Below, piece after piece: positions 1 through 10,022 of a DNA stretch of 64,000 bases. Each line of letters begins with the position of its first letter. Positions within the stretch are counted from its first letter, which is position 1. Source of the DNA: Bacteriovoracaceae bacterium. GTDB lineage: Bacteria > Bdellovibrionota > Bacteriovoracia > Bacteriovoracales > Bacteriovoracaceae. The notes under the pieces were generated by a model, which saw nothing but the letters and a program-made list of their open reading frames with translations, was not told the origin of the DNA and did no database searches. The DNA lies in NCBI GenBank assembly GCA_048270185.1, contig JBLWTJ010000001.1:224001-288000 (forward strand), written 5' to 3'. A program made the translations under genes and the position numbers.

Positions 1-409
1 TTAAAGTTAAAAGTGTTACCTTTAACCATTCAAGTGACTTATCTTCATTTAGAGACGTCTTAGGTGCAATTTTCTTGAGTTCTTCTATACTATTATCGAT
101 TATGTGTTTGATTGTCTTTTGTTCATAAGACTTGCTGTCAATATGAACTGGTGAATTTTGATATTCGAGATAGTCTTTATCGACTAATGTAAGGGTATTA
201 CTTTGATCATGATGGAGAATATATGAATTACTTCCTTCTTCAAGGTGGATGTAAATATCATGGCGATTGTCACGATTATCCATTAGGGGAGTACTCTCAA
301 AATTATTGTGAGCAAGACAAAGTTTTGAAACACTTGTGCTTTCAAGGAGCTTATCGATAAGGGACGTATAATGATCTTTCTTGGCATTACTCGCCAACTT
401 ATTTTTCAT
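1..409 (-). CDS. Hypothetical protein, 5' part only (runs off the window start)
   Basis: Manual translation from ATG at 409 gives MKNKLASNAKKDHYTSLIDKLLES... with no stop to position 1; absent from the ORF track because it is truncated. Confidence 0.7.
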   Translation of the reverse strand, partial: MKNKLASNAKKDHYTSLIDKLLESTSVSKLCLAHNNFESTPLMDNRDNRHDIYIHLEEGSNSYILHHDQSNTLTLVDKDYLEYQNSPVHIDSKSYEQKTIKHIIDNSIEELKKIAPKTSLNEDKSLEWLKVTLLTL

Positions 410-503
410 AAGCTTTTTGTTTAAAGATTTAAAAAATTCTAATACACTCATATAAGTTAAAATAACGACTTTTTTGTCGATGTCTAGTATTAAAGGCTAA
501 AAT

Positions 504-1274
504 TTGAAAATTGGTATTTTCGATTCAGGAATAGGTGGCTTAAGTGTCTTAAGAGAAGTCGCAAAAGTCATGCCTACCAGTGAGATTTACTATCACGCAG
601 ATCGTCTAAATGCTCCTTATGGAAATAAATCTCGCTTTGAAGTCTTTAATTTTTGTAAACTTATTGTGGATGACTTTGTCGCACTTGGTATCTCAAATAT
701 TTTAATAGCTTGTAATTCGGCCACGGCAATGGCCATCGATGAGTTAAGACAGGCCTACCCTAATATTCGCTTCTTTGGTATCGAACCTTTTATCAATGTT
801 ATTAATTTTAGAGAAGAATTAAAGGAAAAGAAAGGTGTTGTGCTGACAACCAAGCTAACGGGTGAATCTAAGCGCTTTAATGACTTGAAAGAGAAATACG
901 ACTCTAATGGAATCCTCGATTACAAAGTCTCATTATCATTAGCGAAATTAATTGAAGAAAGCTTTGACTGCGGTCGACTCGATGAAGAGGCCATGGTTTT
1001 TGAAATTAAAACATCATTAAAACAACTCGATTATCAATTCATTATTCTAGGCTGTACGCATTATCCATTTATTAACGATATCTTTACACGTCACTTTAAT
1101 TTTGAATGCATTTCTCCTTGTGTTCATGTGGCAAATTATATGGCAATGCAAATCAATAACTATGAGCATAGCGAGGAGTTAAACTATTTTAACTATCGTG
1201 AAAGACTCAATGGTGGCGCTATGCAATGGCGCAAAGTCAAAAAGAATAATTTAGAGGGATTCCCTTTTTTCTAA
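504..1274 (+). CDS. murI: Glutamate racemase
   Basis: IGIFDSGIGGLSV N-terminus, ACNSA and LGCTHYP catalytic Cys motifs; TTG start. Confidence 0.95.
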   Translation: MKIGIFDSGIGGLSVLREVAKVMPTSEIYYHADRLNAPYGNKSRFEVFNFCKLIVDDFVALGISNILIACNSATAMAIDELRQAYPNIRFFGIEPFINVINFREELKEKKGVVLTTKLTGESKRFNDLKEKYDSNGILDYKVSLSLAKLIEESFDCGRLDEEAMVFEIKTSLKQLDYQFIILGCTHYPFINDIFTRHFNFECISPCVHVANYMAMQINNYEHSEELNYFNYRERLNGGAMQWRKVKKNNLEGFPFF

Positions 1275-1354
1275 GTGACGTTTAAGTTCCGATAACGTTA
1301 GAATATAGCAACTTTTAATTTTCTATTTTTGAATCATTTTAAAAAGGATTTAAT

Positions 1355-2635
1355 ATGACAAGAATCAAGTCGATTACACCAAGACAAATTTTAGACTCAC
1401 GTGGAAACCCAACGGTTGAAGTTGATCTCGTAACTGAGAATGGTATTCTCGCACGTGCCGCTGTTCCTTCTGGCGCTTCAACTGGCTCTAAAGAGGCCCT
1501 GGAGTTAAGAGATGGAGACAAGTCTTACTATTTAGGAAAGTCTGTTCGTAAGGCAATCGCAAATATTAATGAATATATCACTCCGGCCATCGTGGGGATG
1601 GATGTTTTTGATCTTGAAAGTGTTGATAAGAAAATGCTTGAGATTGACGGAACTGAAAATAAAGAAAAACTTGGCGCAAATGCTATCCTTGCTGTTTCAA
1701 TGTGTGTGGCCCGTGCTGGTGCACTTGAAAAAGGAAAGTCACTGTATCAATACCTAAGAGAAGACCTTAAAGTGCCAGTTGCAACTGAAAAAGTTAGGCT
1801 TCCTACTCCTATGATGAATATCATCAATGGTGGTGAACACGCTTCAAATAATCTTGATATCCAGGAATTCATGATCATTCCTCATCTTGATAAACCGTTT
1901 AATGAAAACTTAAGAGCTGGAGTTGAAACTTTCCATGCTTTAAAGAGCGTTTTATCAGAGAAGAATTATTCAACAAATGTAGGGGACGAGGGTGGATTTG
2001 CTCCATCTCTAAAATCACATGAAGAGGCCCTGGATCTTATTTTAAGTGCTATTGAGAAGGCCGGGTATCGACCAGGTGAAGAGATCAGTATCTGTCTTGA
2101 TGCTGCAGCGTCTGAGTTCTACAAAGATGGTGCATACCATATGCAAGGAAAGACGTATTCAAGTGAAGATATGGTGGAATATTACTCAAATTTAGTGGCG
2201 AAATATCCGATATATTCAATAGAAGATGGACTTGATGAAGCTGACTATTCTGGTTGGGTAAAGCTAACAGAAAAGCTTGGAAGCAAGTGCTTACTTGTTG
2301 GAGATGACTTATTTGTAACGAATAAGAAAATACTTGCTGAAGGAATTGAAAAGAAGCAGGCCAATTCGATTCTTGTAAAAATTAATCAAATTGGATCTTT
2401 AAGTGAAACGTTTGAAACACTTAGACTAGCTTTCGACAATAACTTTAAAGCAATCATCTCTCACCGCTCTGGTGAAACAAGTGATGCCTTCATTGCTGAC
2501 CTTGCTGTTGCAACTTCAAGTGGTCTTATCAAGACTGGTTCTGCTAGCCGTAGTGACCGTCTTGCAAAGTACAATCAACTACTAAGAATTGAAGAGGCCC
2601 TTGGTAGTGACGCCAATTATGACGGATTAATCTAA
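1355..2635 (+). CDS. eno: Enolase
   Basis: [38 protein letters not shown] motifs. Confidence 0.99.
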   Translation: MTRIKSITPRQILDSRGNPTVEVDLVTENGILARAAVPSGASTGSKEALELRDGDKSYYLGKSVRKAIANINEYITPAIVGMDVFDLESVDKKMLEIDGTENKEKLGANAILAVSMCVARAGALEKGKSLYQYLREDLKVPVATEKVRLPTPMMNIINGGEHASNNLDIQEFMIIPHLDKPFNENLRAGVETFHALKSVLSEKNYSTNVGDEGGFAPSLKSHEEALDLILSAIEKAGYRPGEEISICLDAAASEFYKDGAYHMQGKTYSSEDMVEYYSNLVAKYPIYSIEDGLDEADYSGWVKLTEKLGSKCLLVGDDLFVTNKKILAEGIEKKQANSILVKINQIGSLSETFETLRLAFDNNFKAIISHRSGETSDAFIADLAVATSSGLIKTGSASRSDRLAKYNQLLRIEEALGSDANYDGLI

Positions 2636-2676
2636 TTCGATAAATTAGGCCTCTTTAAGAAATTAGAGAGGCCAAT

Positions 2677-3315
2677 ATGTCTAAGTCTAAAAAATTAAAT
2701 GATGCCCAATCAAATGAAGCACTCATGTTTCTACATGATCTACTCAATCATACTCATGGCCTAAAATTATTCCTAGAATCACAAACAGATTCAATCCAAA
2801 AGGCTCCGTTAGAATTAATTTACACAGAAGTTCAGGCCTTAGAGAATCAAATAGCATCTCAATTTAATCGTTTGGTGCAAGGTGATATTCACACTGTGGC
2901 CGAATTGATTGAATATTGCTGTTCACAATTTAAGCTGTATAAGCTTGGTTTTGACCTTCACAAGAACGATTGGCAATACCTTGCTGATGAGAAGATTGAG
3001 GTTGATGCTAGTCTTATTCAACGATTAGTAAAAAATATAATTAAAAATATCTATCTATGGGCAGATAAAAATGAAAGTATTCAAATGAAAATCTCTTGGA
3101 CAAATTCACAATTAGAATTATTCTTTGAGAATTCAATCGCCCAAGATAATCGTTTTGATCACGACTCTAATGGAGTTGGACTTAAGTCCATGGCCAAGCT
3201 TGCGGCCGAACAGGGAATTGATCTGGCCTATGGGCCCTCTAAGAACTCACAGAAATGGACAACAACAATGTTGATTAATTTAGTAGGTCAAAAACACTTG
3301 AAATTGGCCTGCTAG
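2677..3315 (+). CDS. Sensor-less histidine-kinase-like protein (HisKA/HATPase-like, divergent)
   Basis: H-box-like FLHDLLN, N-box-like LVKNIIKNI, G2-like SNGVGL; no TM or sensor domain. Confidence 0.55.
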   Translation: MSKSKKLNDAQSNEALMFLHDLLNHTHGLKLFLESQTDSIQKAPLELIYTEVQALENQIASQFNRLVQGDIHTVAELIEYCCSQFKLYKLGFDLHKNDWQYLADEKIEVDASLIQRLVKNIIKNIYLWADKNESIQMKISWTNSQLELFFENSIAQDNRFDHDSNGVGLKSMAKLAAEQGIDLAYGPSKNSQKWTTTMLINLVGQKHLKLAC

Positions 3316-3370
3316 GTAAAAGAATACTATTGCTATAAAAAACTCAAAAACGCGTTATTCTATATAACGT

Positions 3371-4549
3371 ATGGAATTTATAAAGAAATTAATATGTTTA
3401 TTTAGTATTCTTAGTGCAACTTCTGTAGTCGCTAATAATCGCCTCTATCAATCTGATGCTTCCATGTTGCGCAAAGGTGGCTCGCAAACTCGAGTCGAAG
3501 CCTATCTTTCTTCAACCATTTCGCAAGTCGATTCTGAAGGCACAGAGATTACAACAGTTGATGGCACGACTTATTCTCTCATGGATTTTAATATTGATTA
3601 CCGTTATGGAATTATGGATCGCTTCCAGCTCCTATCTGGTATTAAGGCGCGCTATATTTCAAGTGGAGATGCAAATACAACAATAACAAGTGCTGGCCTT
3701 GAGTCTTTCTATGTTGGTGCTATTTATGGTTTTGAAAAAAAACGTGGACGAGACTTCGCTCTTAGCGCTGTTTATCGCTTTAGGCCCTACTCTGTTGATA
3801 CCGGTGTAACAACGGCCTCAACTGGCGAAGTTATACTAGGTGATGGTGGTAACGATATTGAGTTTAATTTTCTTGCAAAATACGAGTCAACAAAATGGAC
3901 TAGTTATGAAATGCAGGTTGGTTATCGTTTACCTGGGGCCCCTATCTCAAGTGAAATCCCTTTTGATTTCCGATTAATTAAGCACTACGTGGATTGGGCC
4001 TTTTGGGTCTCTGCCAATGGTATTTATAGTCTTGGGGGAGACGAGTACACTGATAGTCCATCGTTAAAGCCAACAGTTTCAAGTGGTAACACTTCACGCT
4101 GGAACTCAGTAAATCGTCAGTGGCTTAACTTAGATATTACAGCTCAAACTCTAATTAAGAATAAATACAAACTCTACGCAATGGCCGGAACAAAAGTTAT
4201 GGCCACTTCAACTGATAAGGACTTTCACGGATCTGTAGGTCTTTCATGGGTTACTGGTGGAGTTAGTGCACAGAAGAAATTTGAAGAGAGTTTCAAGGAA
4301 TACACTGTCGAGGCAAATGTTATTAAAGTTTCTCCTCGTGGCGTCTTTATTAAAATTGATCATGGTTCACTGGATGATATCCAAGTAGGTGATGTTGTGG
4401 ATATTTATAAAACTGACTACTTTGGTGGCAATATTTTAGTTGCACAGGGGAAAGTCTTTGAAGTCAGTAGTAATGCCTCAATTGTTAAAGTGATCTCTCG
4501 TTATCGAAATGTGCCAATAACTAAAGGCTTTGCTGCTAGGATTAAGTAG
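3371..4549 (+). CDS. Exported outer-membrane beta-barrel-like protein with C-terminal FlgT_C-like domain
   Basis: Signal peptide, alternating aromatic beta strands; C-terminal IDHGSLDDIQVGDVVDIY...VAQGKVFEV resembles FlgT C-terminal domain. Confidence 0.55.
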   Translation: MEFIKKLICLFSILSATSVVANNRLYQSDASMLRKGGSQTRVEAYLSSTISQVDSEGTEITTVDGTTYSLMDFNIDYRYGIMDRFQLLSGIKARYISSGDANTTITSAGLESFYVGAIYGFEKKRGRDFALSAVYRFRPYSVDTGVTTASTGEVILGDGGNDIEFNFLAKYESTKWTSYEMQVGYRLPGAPISSEIPFDFRLIKHYVDWAFWVSANGIYSLGGDEYTDSPSLKPTVSSGNTSRWNSVNRQWLNLDITAQTLIKNKYKLYAMAGTKVMATSTDKDFHGSVGLSWVTGGVSAQKKFEESFKEYTVEANVIKVSPRGVFIKIDHGSLDDIQVGDVVDIYKTDYFGGNILVAQGKVFEVSSNASIVKVISRYRNVPITKGFAARIK

Positions 4550-4631
4550 CTGAAAAGAGGAAATATTTAGCATTTGATATAATTGTAAGTTAAGTTAAAA
4601 TATTGAATACAAACATAAAAAGGATTTATCG

Positions 4632-5399
4632 ATGATTAAGCAAATTTTAGTTGCTTTCTTTTTACTGGCCTCAGGGGCCGCTTTGGCCAAGCCTTACACT
4701 TCAAATTTCTTAGAATTCGAATTACCTAATGGTTGGGATTGCTCAATCGAAGGTAGTGAGTATGTTTGTCAGTCGACAAATGATCGTCGTAAGAAAGAAG
4801 CGATAATTATCTTTGCGGCCAAGCACCGCGGTAAGCAAGATGATTTAATTCAGTACAAGGCCTACCTTGAACAAGCTAAAACTTTTAAGCTTCCTGGTGG
4901 TAAGACTCAGATCTCAGAACCTTCTTATACGAGAATGAAGAAGATTCAAGGCCAGGGCCATAATTGGGTTGATTCACTACACTTATCAAGTGAGGTTCCA
5001 GGATTCTACACTCGCTACCTTGCAACAGTTAAAGGTGAGCTTGGTGTGGCCGTAACATTCTCTGTTGCTAAGGAACACTACCAAACTTATAAGCCTATTT
5101 TTGATAAAATTATTGAAACCATGCAAGTCTTTTCTCGAATTAAGAATAATGCAGATGGATTAAAGCTAGCAGGTAATCAAGCAGAAGCAGTTCCTGGAGC
5201 ATCAGGTGATTTCCTTGATTCAGAATCAGGCCTTAATGATATCGGTGTTAATAAACAACGAGGAAAGAAAGGCGGAGCTGGCGATGGTGATATGACTTTA
5301 TATATTATCTTAGCTCTTGTTGCTGGTGCAGCTATCTTTATTATGAAGAATAAGAAGAAGGGCAAAAAGAAAGGTAAGAAGAAAAAGAAAAAGTCATAG
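4632..5399 (+). CDS. Exported protein with C-terminal TM anchor and poly-Lys tail
   Basis: Signal peptide ending ALA; ends GGAGDG-TM-KNKKKGKKKGKKKKKKS. Confidence 0.75.
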   Translation: MIKQILVAFFLLASGAALAKPYTSNFLEFELPNGWDCSIEGSEYVCQSTNDRRKKEAIIIFAAKHRGKQDDLIQYKAYLEQAKTFKLPGGKTQISEPSYTRMKKIQGQGHNWVDSLHLSSEVPGFYTRYLATVKGELGVAVTFSVAKEHYQTYKPIFDKIIETMQVFSRIKNNADGLKLAGNQAEAVPGASGDFLDSESGLNDIGVNKQRGKKGGAGDGDMTLYIILALVAGAAIFIMKNKKKGKKKGKKKKKKS

Positions 5400-5411
5400 G
5401 ATATAGAAAAT

Positions 5412-5442
5412 AAAAAGCCTCTCGTAATGAGAGGCTTTTTTT
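5412..5442. terminator. Bidirectional intrinsic terminator
   Basis: AAAAAGCCTCTC-GTAAT-GAGAGGCTTTTTTT between convergent genes. Confidence 0.9.
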
Positions 5443-5473
5443 ATATTCAAATTTTAGATTAAAATTAGAAGAA

Positions 5474-6220
5474 TTAAAGATCTGAAGCTAGACAGCTTTC
5501 CACTGCTGCTTTGAACTCTGGGTGTAGTTGAAGAAATGTTCCAGCATTCTTACTGCTATCATTTGTATAACAACCACCGTGAGAGTGAACTCCAACGATT
5601 TCACTTGTCTCAAGGTTGATAATACTTGAACCTGAGTTTCCACCCATTGTATCTACTCTGTGCTCAAGTAGTGCTGGTCTAAATTGACCGTAGTAATCAC
5701 CACCAACAACCATCAGTGGACCGATATTATTTTGTTGAGCAAATTTTCTTTCAACTTCTGTATCACTCCCGTAACCAGTAATTGTTAGAATTGTTCCAAC
5801 TTCTGGAACTTCTTTAGCGATCTCATAGAACCCTTGAGCTTGACCTGGTAGAAGTCCAGTTTTTTCATTTGCTTTAATTTTAAAAACTGCCCAGTCGTCA
5901 CCTTGTCCGTTATCTTTAGACTTAATCGTTGAACGATCTGCTAGATAAATATCTTTTGGACCTGGGTGTCTGATTCCTCTTCTATCTGAAGTAGGAGTAT
6001 TGAATTCAATTACATTTAATGTACTTTTACAGTGTCCAACAGAGATAGCACATGAGTTAGAGATTAGAGTAACAGTACAACCTGCTCTTGCAGTTGCTGT
6101 CTCTAGTGAGCGTCCAACTTTAGGATCCGCTGAAGGAACTCTATCATCCATTCCACAAATTGACTTATCCGTGGCAAAAATCGTGAATGGTAATAAAGTG
6201 ATGAGTAGTAGTTTTTTCAC
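5474..6220 (-). CDS. Secreted trypsin-like (S1, V8-like) serine protease
   Basis: Signal peptide, SVGHC, DDWAVF, DTMGGNSGS, VGVHSHG; GTG start. Confidence 0.9.
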   Translation of the reverse strand: MKKLLLITLLPFTIFATDKSICGMDDRVPSADPKVGRSLETATARAGCTVTLISNSCAISVGHCKSTLNVIEFNTPTSDRRGIRHPGPKDIYLADRSTIKSKDNGQGDDWAVFKIKANEKTGLLPGQAQGFYEIAKEVPEVGTILTITGYGSDTEVERKFAQQNNIGPLMVVGGDYYGQFRPALLEHRVDTMGGNSGSSIINLETSEIVGVHSHGGCYTNDSSKNAGTFLQLHPEFKAAVESCLASDL

Positions 6221-6327
6221 TTTCTTTCTCCCTTTTTAATCGTGAAGATAAATATTAGGGAGGAAATTATCATCCGACAAATAAAGTATAGTTATAGTAA
6301 GAAGATGTTAGACAAAAATGATTTCTG

Positions 6328-8397
6328 TCACATATTGATAATATTTTTTAATATTTCCAAATATCTGTTTTTATTCATGAAATGAGTGTTGTGAGATGCG
6401 TTATCTACTGGATAAGAATGGTATTGGCGGCCAGTGTAGATATCTTTGTATTGTGAGTATTTTTTGTCATTTACACCATAGATATAGTGGTAACTAAGCC
6501 CTTTAGGAAGCTTGCTAAGGTCTCTCAGATCGTCTTGATTGGCCACTGAAACGATTCCACTTGCTACACGCCAGCTATCTTTCATCGAGTAAAACTGTTC
6601 AATCTTATCTTTTAAGAGAGCAGAATCAAAGCCAACAACTTCTTTAATCCCCTCAAAGACACTTTGATCATACCATTTATCAAAGAAGATATGAGCTTCA
6701 CTTTTATCCTCTAGGAGCTTTTCATCATGGGCGAGGCGTTTGTGTCGTGCTTCTTCTTCCAGAGTAAATCCAGGCGCACCTGACTCATTGATAAAGTGTC
6801 CAAAACATTTAAGATTTGATATTGAATCATTTCTTAAAAATTGATTAAAGAGTCTGGCCGACATTGAATAGGTGATAAAGTGAAGTTTACCCTCAAGTTT
6901 GTCGATATTTTTAATCAACTGACATAAGTCTTGTTCAAACTTTTCAATATTTAAATATTTGGCGTTTAGGCCATGGCCTACAATATCAACAAAGACAAGT
7001 AGGTGAGTCTCGCTAAAAGAATCTTTAAGATATTCAAACTCTGCACTATCTCCCATAAAGCCGTGACTAACGATAATTATATCGCCTGTCGGGTTTCCTA
7101 TTGCTCGTAGCTTGAAGTCCTTGCTGATGTTAACGTAGAGTTTTGACATGAACTCACTAAGTTTAGGGCGACTTATTTTAATTCCTGTTTGGAAGTTCGA
7201 AAGATGAGTCGTTTGTAGAATGAAGTTAGGTTTTTCAAACGACGTTAATGACTCATCGATTATCTTATCGACTTTGCGAATGCCTAATTGATTTGAAAAA
7301 CTCATTCCAATTAAGTTTTCATAACTCTTGTGCTTGATAGGAATAATAAAATTAGGGCCCAGGCCAAGGTTGCTAAGCTTTGTTTCAAGTATTTCAGGAT
7401 TAATATTTTCGGCCGCTTTTTGAAAAACAAAATCACGTCGGCCATGAATTTGATAATTGCCTCTTGAGTCAGCTTCTATATGATCACTAACTTGAAAGCG
7501 ACCTGCAAATGGCGCCTCGCCAAGATAGCCTAAACTAATACTTTCACCTACAAAAAATATTTTATCATCAACTTCAGAAACACTGCCTCTCATTGGTTTT
7601 CCACTTGTGGTAAGTGTTGATAGATCAGTTGTTAGCTGGGTTGCAAGAAATTGGGCACTCGTTTCAGTAGCGCCATATGAATTTGATATTTTAATGCCGA
7701 GATCAATTGCTTTCTTTATTAACGAAGAGTCTACCTTTGATCCACCAAGAACGATGCCACGTAGGCGTCTTAATTTATCTAGAACAGAGTCACAGTTTAG
7801 TAGCCTTTCTAATTGTAGTTGAACGAGAGATATTATCGATACCTGAGGATTTTTGCTGAGATCATCAGTAAGATTTGCTGGCGAGATAATTGTTAGGCTA
7901 CTACCTGTAGCGATAGTTCGCCATATGATCATGATCGCACCAATGTGAAAAAGAGGCAGGGATAGGGCCCAATTATCTTCTTTAGTGATATTGTAGAGAT
8001 CAACAGATGCCTTTGCACTTGCCATAAAATTCGACGTTGATAGGCAAACCCCTTTAGGTTTTCCCGTTGAGCCAGAAGTGAAGATAATACTTGCTGTGTC
8101 TTTGTGAATTTTGTCTTCTGTAATATCTTCCAAAGCATAATCTGCTGGAGAATGATGGAGCCTGCTCTTGTCTAATAAAACTGCAATGCCGCCGTTATTT
8201 ATTATTTTTAAATAATTGATGATAAATTCTTTTGAAGATGATGCTTCCCAAGGGAGGAGGGAGAGGCCGGGATCATCGCTTTGCTCACTTATTAAATTTC
8301 TAAGTTCATTATATGTTAGAGAAACACTTCCATTCTCATAAATAAAAGGAGCATCATAATCTTTAATAAGGTCTGTGATAAAACCTTTCTTATTCAT
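6328..8397 (-). CDS. menE: Fused o-succinylbenzoate-CoA ligase (MenE) / SHCHC synthase (MenH-like alpha/beta hydrolase)
   Basis: AMP-binding FTSGSTGKPKG, LPLFHIG, SYGATET; C-terminal HGFMGD, YSMSAR, FFDKWYDQSVF, GVNDKKY, ASHNTH. Confidence 0.8.
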   Translation of the reverse strand: MNKKGFITDLIKDYDAPFIYENGSVSLTYNELRNLISEQSDDPGLSLLPWEASSSKEFIINYLKIINNGGIAVLLDKSRLHHSPADYALEDITEDKIHKDTASIIFTSGSTGKPKGVCLSTSNFMASAKASVDLYNITKEDNWALSLPLFHIGAIMIIWRTIATGSSLTIISPANLTDDLSKNPQVSIISLVQLQLERLLNCDSVLDKLRRLRGIVLGGSKVDSSLIKKAIDLGIKISNSYGATETSAQFLATQLTTDLSTLTTSGKPMRGSVSEVDDKIFFVGESISLGYLGEAPFAGRFQVSDHIEADSRGNYQIHGRRDFVFQKAAENINPEILETKLSNLGLGPNFIIPIKHKSYENLIGMSFSNQLGIRKVDKIIDESLTSFEKPNFILQTTHLSNFQTGIKISRPKLSEFMSKLYVNISKDFKLRAIGNPTGDIIIVSHGFMGDSAEFEYLKDSFSETHLLVFVDIVGHGLNAKYLNIEKFEQDLCQLIKNIDKLEGKLHFITYSMSARLFNQFLRNDSISNLKCFGHFINESGAPGFTLEEEARHKRLAHDEKLLEDKSEAHIFFDKWYDQSVFEGIKEVVGFDSALLKDKIEQFYSMKDSWRVASGIVSVANQDDLRDLSKLPKGLSYHYIYGVNDKKYSQYKDIYTGRQYHSYPVDNASHNTHFMNKNRYLEILKNIINM

Positions 8398-9019
8398 AAC
8401 TTCTAAGAAGGCCTACAACGATTCCAGCAATACGAAAATCATTTTCACCTGTAATAACAAATGGAGAGAGTCGATCGTTTGCTGGGTGTAGTTCAATAAC
8501 ACTATTCTTTCGATAGAAGTTTTTAACTGTTGCCTCATTATCAACGAGAGCAATGACAGTCTGCCCTTGGTTAGCATTTTCTTGTGCACGACAAACAAGA
8601 GTATCGCCTTCAAAGATTCCATCATTAATCATCGAGTCACCTTGAACATTTAGTGCAAAATAGCGCCCTGGTCGTGCAACCATATGATTTGGTACTAAGG
8701 TGTGTTCACTTGGGTTTTCAATGGCCTCGATGGGATTACCTGCAGCGACGTCTCCAAGAAGAGGAATTTCACTAAAGTGTTGATTAACCAGAGGTGTTTC
8801 AACTTCTTCAACTTCTAATAACTTGATTCCACGGCGGGCATTCCAGTCGACTTCGATTTTTCCCGCATCCTGAAGATAGTGCATATACTTATTTACAGAT
8901 CCGAAGGATTTTAGTCCGAAGTGGTCTTTAATTTCCTTTTGAGTAGGTGCGAAGCCTTCTTTGAGGTAGTATTCTTTAATATAGAGATAAACTTGGTTTT
9001 GTTTCTTTGTTAATGCCAT
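8390..9019 (-). CDS. lexA: SOS repressor LexA
   Basis: LTKKQ...APTQKEI winged HTH, ARRGI, VAAG cleavage site, GDSM and ATVK catalytic Ser/Lys. Confidence 0.97.
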   Translation of the reverse strand: MALTKKQNQVYLYIKEYYLKEGFAPTQKEIKDHFGLKSFGSVNKYMHYLQDAGKIEVDWNARRGIKLLEVEEVETPLVNQHFSEIPLLGDVAAGNPIEAIENPSEHTLVPNHMVARPGRYFALNVQGDSMINDGIFEGDTLVCRAQENANQGQTVIALVDNEATVKNFYRKNSVIELHPANDRLSPFVITGENDFRIAGIVVGLLRSYE

Positions 9020-9025
9020 ATTATT

Positions 9026-9054
9026 ATATTATGCGTAAGTATTGCGTAAGTCAA
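9026..9054 (-). promoter_or_regulatory. sigma70 promoter of lexA with direct-repeat candidate LexA operator in the spacer
   Basis: Minus strand TTGACT-N17-TAATAT, 6 nt before ATG; TGCGTAAGT at 9032-9040 and 9043-9051. Confidence 0.7.
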
Positions 9055-9207
9055 CATTTCAATAACTTGCAATAATTCACATTTATTGTGAAAAATGTTC
9101 ACGGAATTTGTGAAATTTTCTTACAATCACAATTGTTTCATTGAATTCGTTGACGTGCCCCCCTGTCATTAGATACATATATGCCATCAATTCATACGGG
9201 AGGAGAA

Positions 9208-9969
9208 ATGAATTTTTTCACTAAGTTTAATAAGCTTGTTTTTATTACTGCATTATTACTATCTGCGAATGCATTCTCCATTCATGAGTCTGCGCTTTCG
9301 AGTTTAAATGAGAAGAAATTTGAGTCTTTAAACCCACAGGACAAAGAGCTTTATGCAACTATTGTTGATAAAGAAGTTGTTGAGGTTTACCCACGTTATG
9401 ACCTTGTTGAAGAAGCTCTTTTAGGTCAAGAGAAAGCTGCTGGTGGTGGAATCGGTGAAGTGATTATGATCGCTGATAAACTTCTAGCACTAGGACAAAA
9501 AATTTGGAAGATTGTTGAAGCAGGAAGACCTGTTAGTAACGCTAACTTCACAAAGCCAGTTAGTATTATTCCAAATATGAGTGATGTTAATGGTACTTTT
9601 ACATCGATGACAAATTGGAAGATGCCGATGGTAAAGTCTTTCAGAGTCGCATACAAGAATGGCTTTGGTAGTGAAGTTGTTTCATTTGTTTATACAGTTG
9701 TTTTTCAATACGGTGGAAAGTTTGAAGGGAAGGGTTCTTATATTACAGGACTTTTTGTAACAGCAAGTAACGTAAGTGTTTCTTGGGGATTTAACTTCAA
9801 TGCTTCAAGTGAGATCATGTCAATTACTAACCAAGGTAGTGCAGATGAGCCAATTGCTTCAGCAGTTGTGAATATCAAATACAAGGTTAGCTCTGTTCTT
9901 AAATCAATCGATGAAAGTGATATTTTCTTTGTTAATGGACAGGGAATGTTACAGAGAATGAATTACTAA
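9208..9969 (+). CDS. Exported hypothetical protein
   Basis: Start at 9208 preferred over 9181 because GGAGGAG precedes it and a signal peptide (..SANAFS) follows; beta-rich C-terminus. Confidence 0.75.
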   Translation: MNFFTKFNKLVFITALLLSANAFSIHESALSSLNEKKFESLNPQDKELYATIVDKEVVEVYPRYDLVEEALLGQEKAAGGGIGEVIMIADKLLALGQKIWKIVEAGRPVSNANFTKPVSIIPNMSDVNGTFTSMTNWKMPMVKSFRVAYKNGFGSEVVSFVYTVVFQYGGKFEGKGSYITGLFVTASNVSVSWGFNFNASSEIMSITNQGSADEPIASAVVNIKYKVSSVLKSIDESDIFFVNGQGMLQRMNY

Positions 9970-9993
9970 TTCTTTAATTAATATTCAATAATT

Positions 9994-10022
9994 AAAAAGG
10001 CCTGCTTTAGCGGGCCTTTTTT
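9994..10022. terminator. Bidirectional intrinsic terminator
   Basis: AAAAGGCCTGC-TTTA-GCGGGCCTTTTTT. Confidence 0.85.

Noticed and set aside
1272..1295. TAAG-N12-TCCGATAA upstream of eno as a sigma28 promoter
   Set aside because: Good -10 but spacing is 12 rather than 15; not supportable without TSS data
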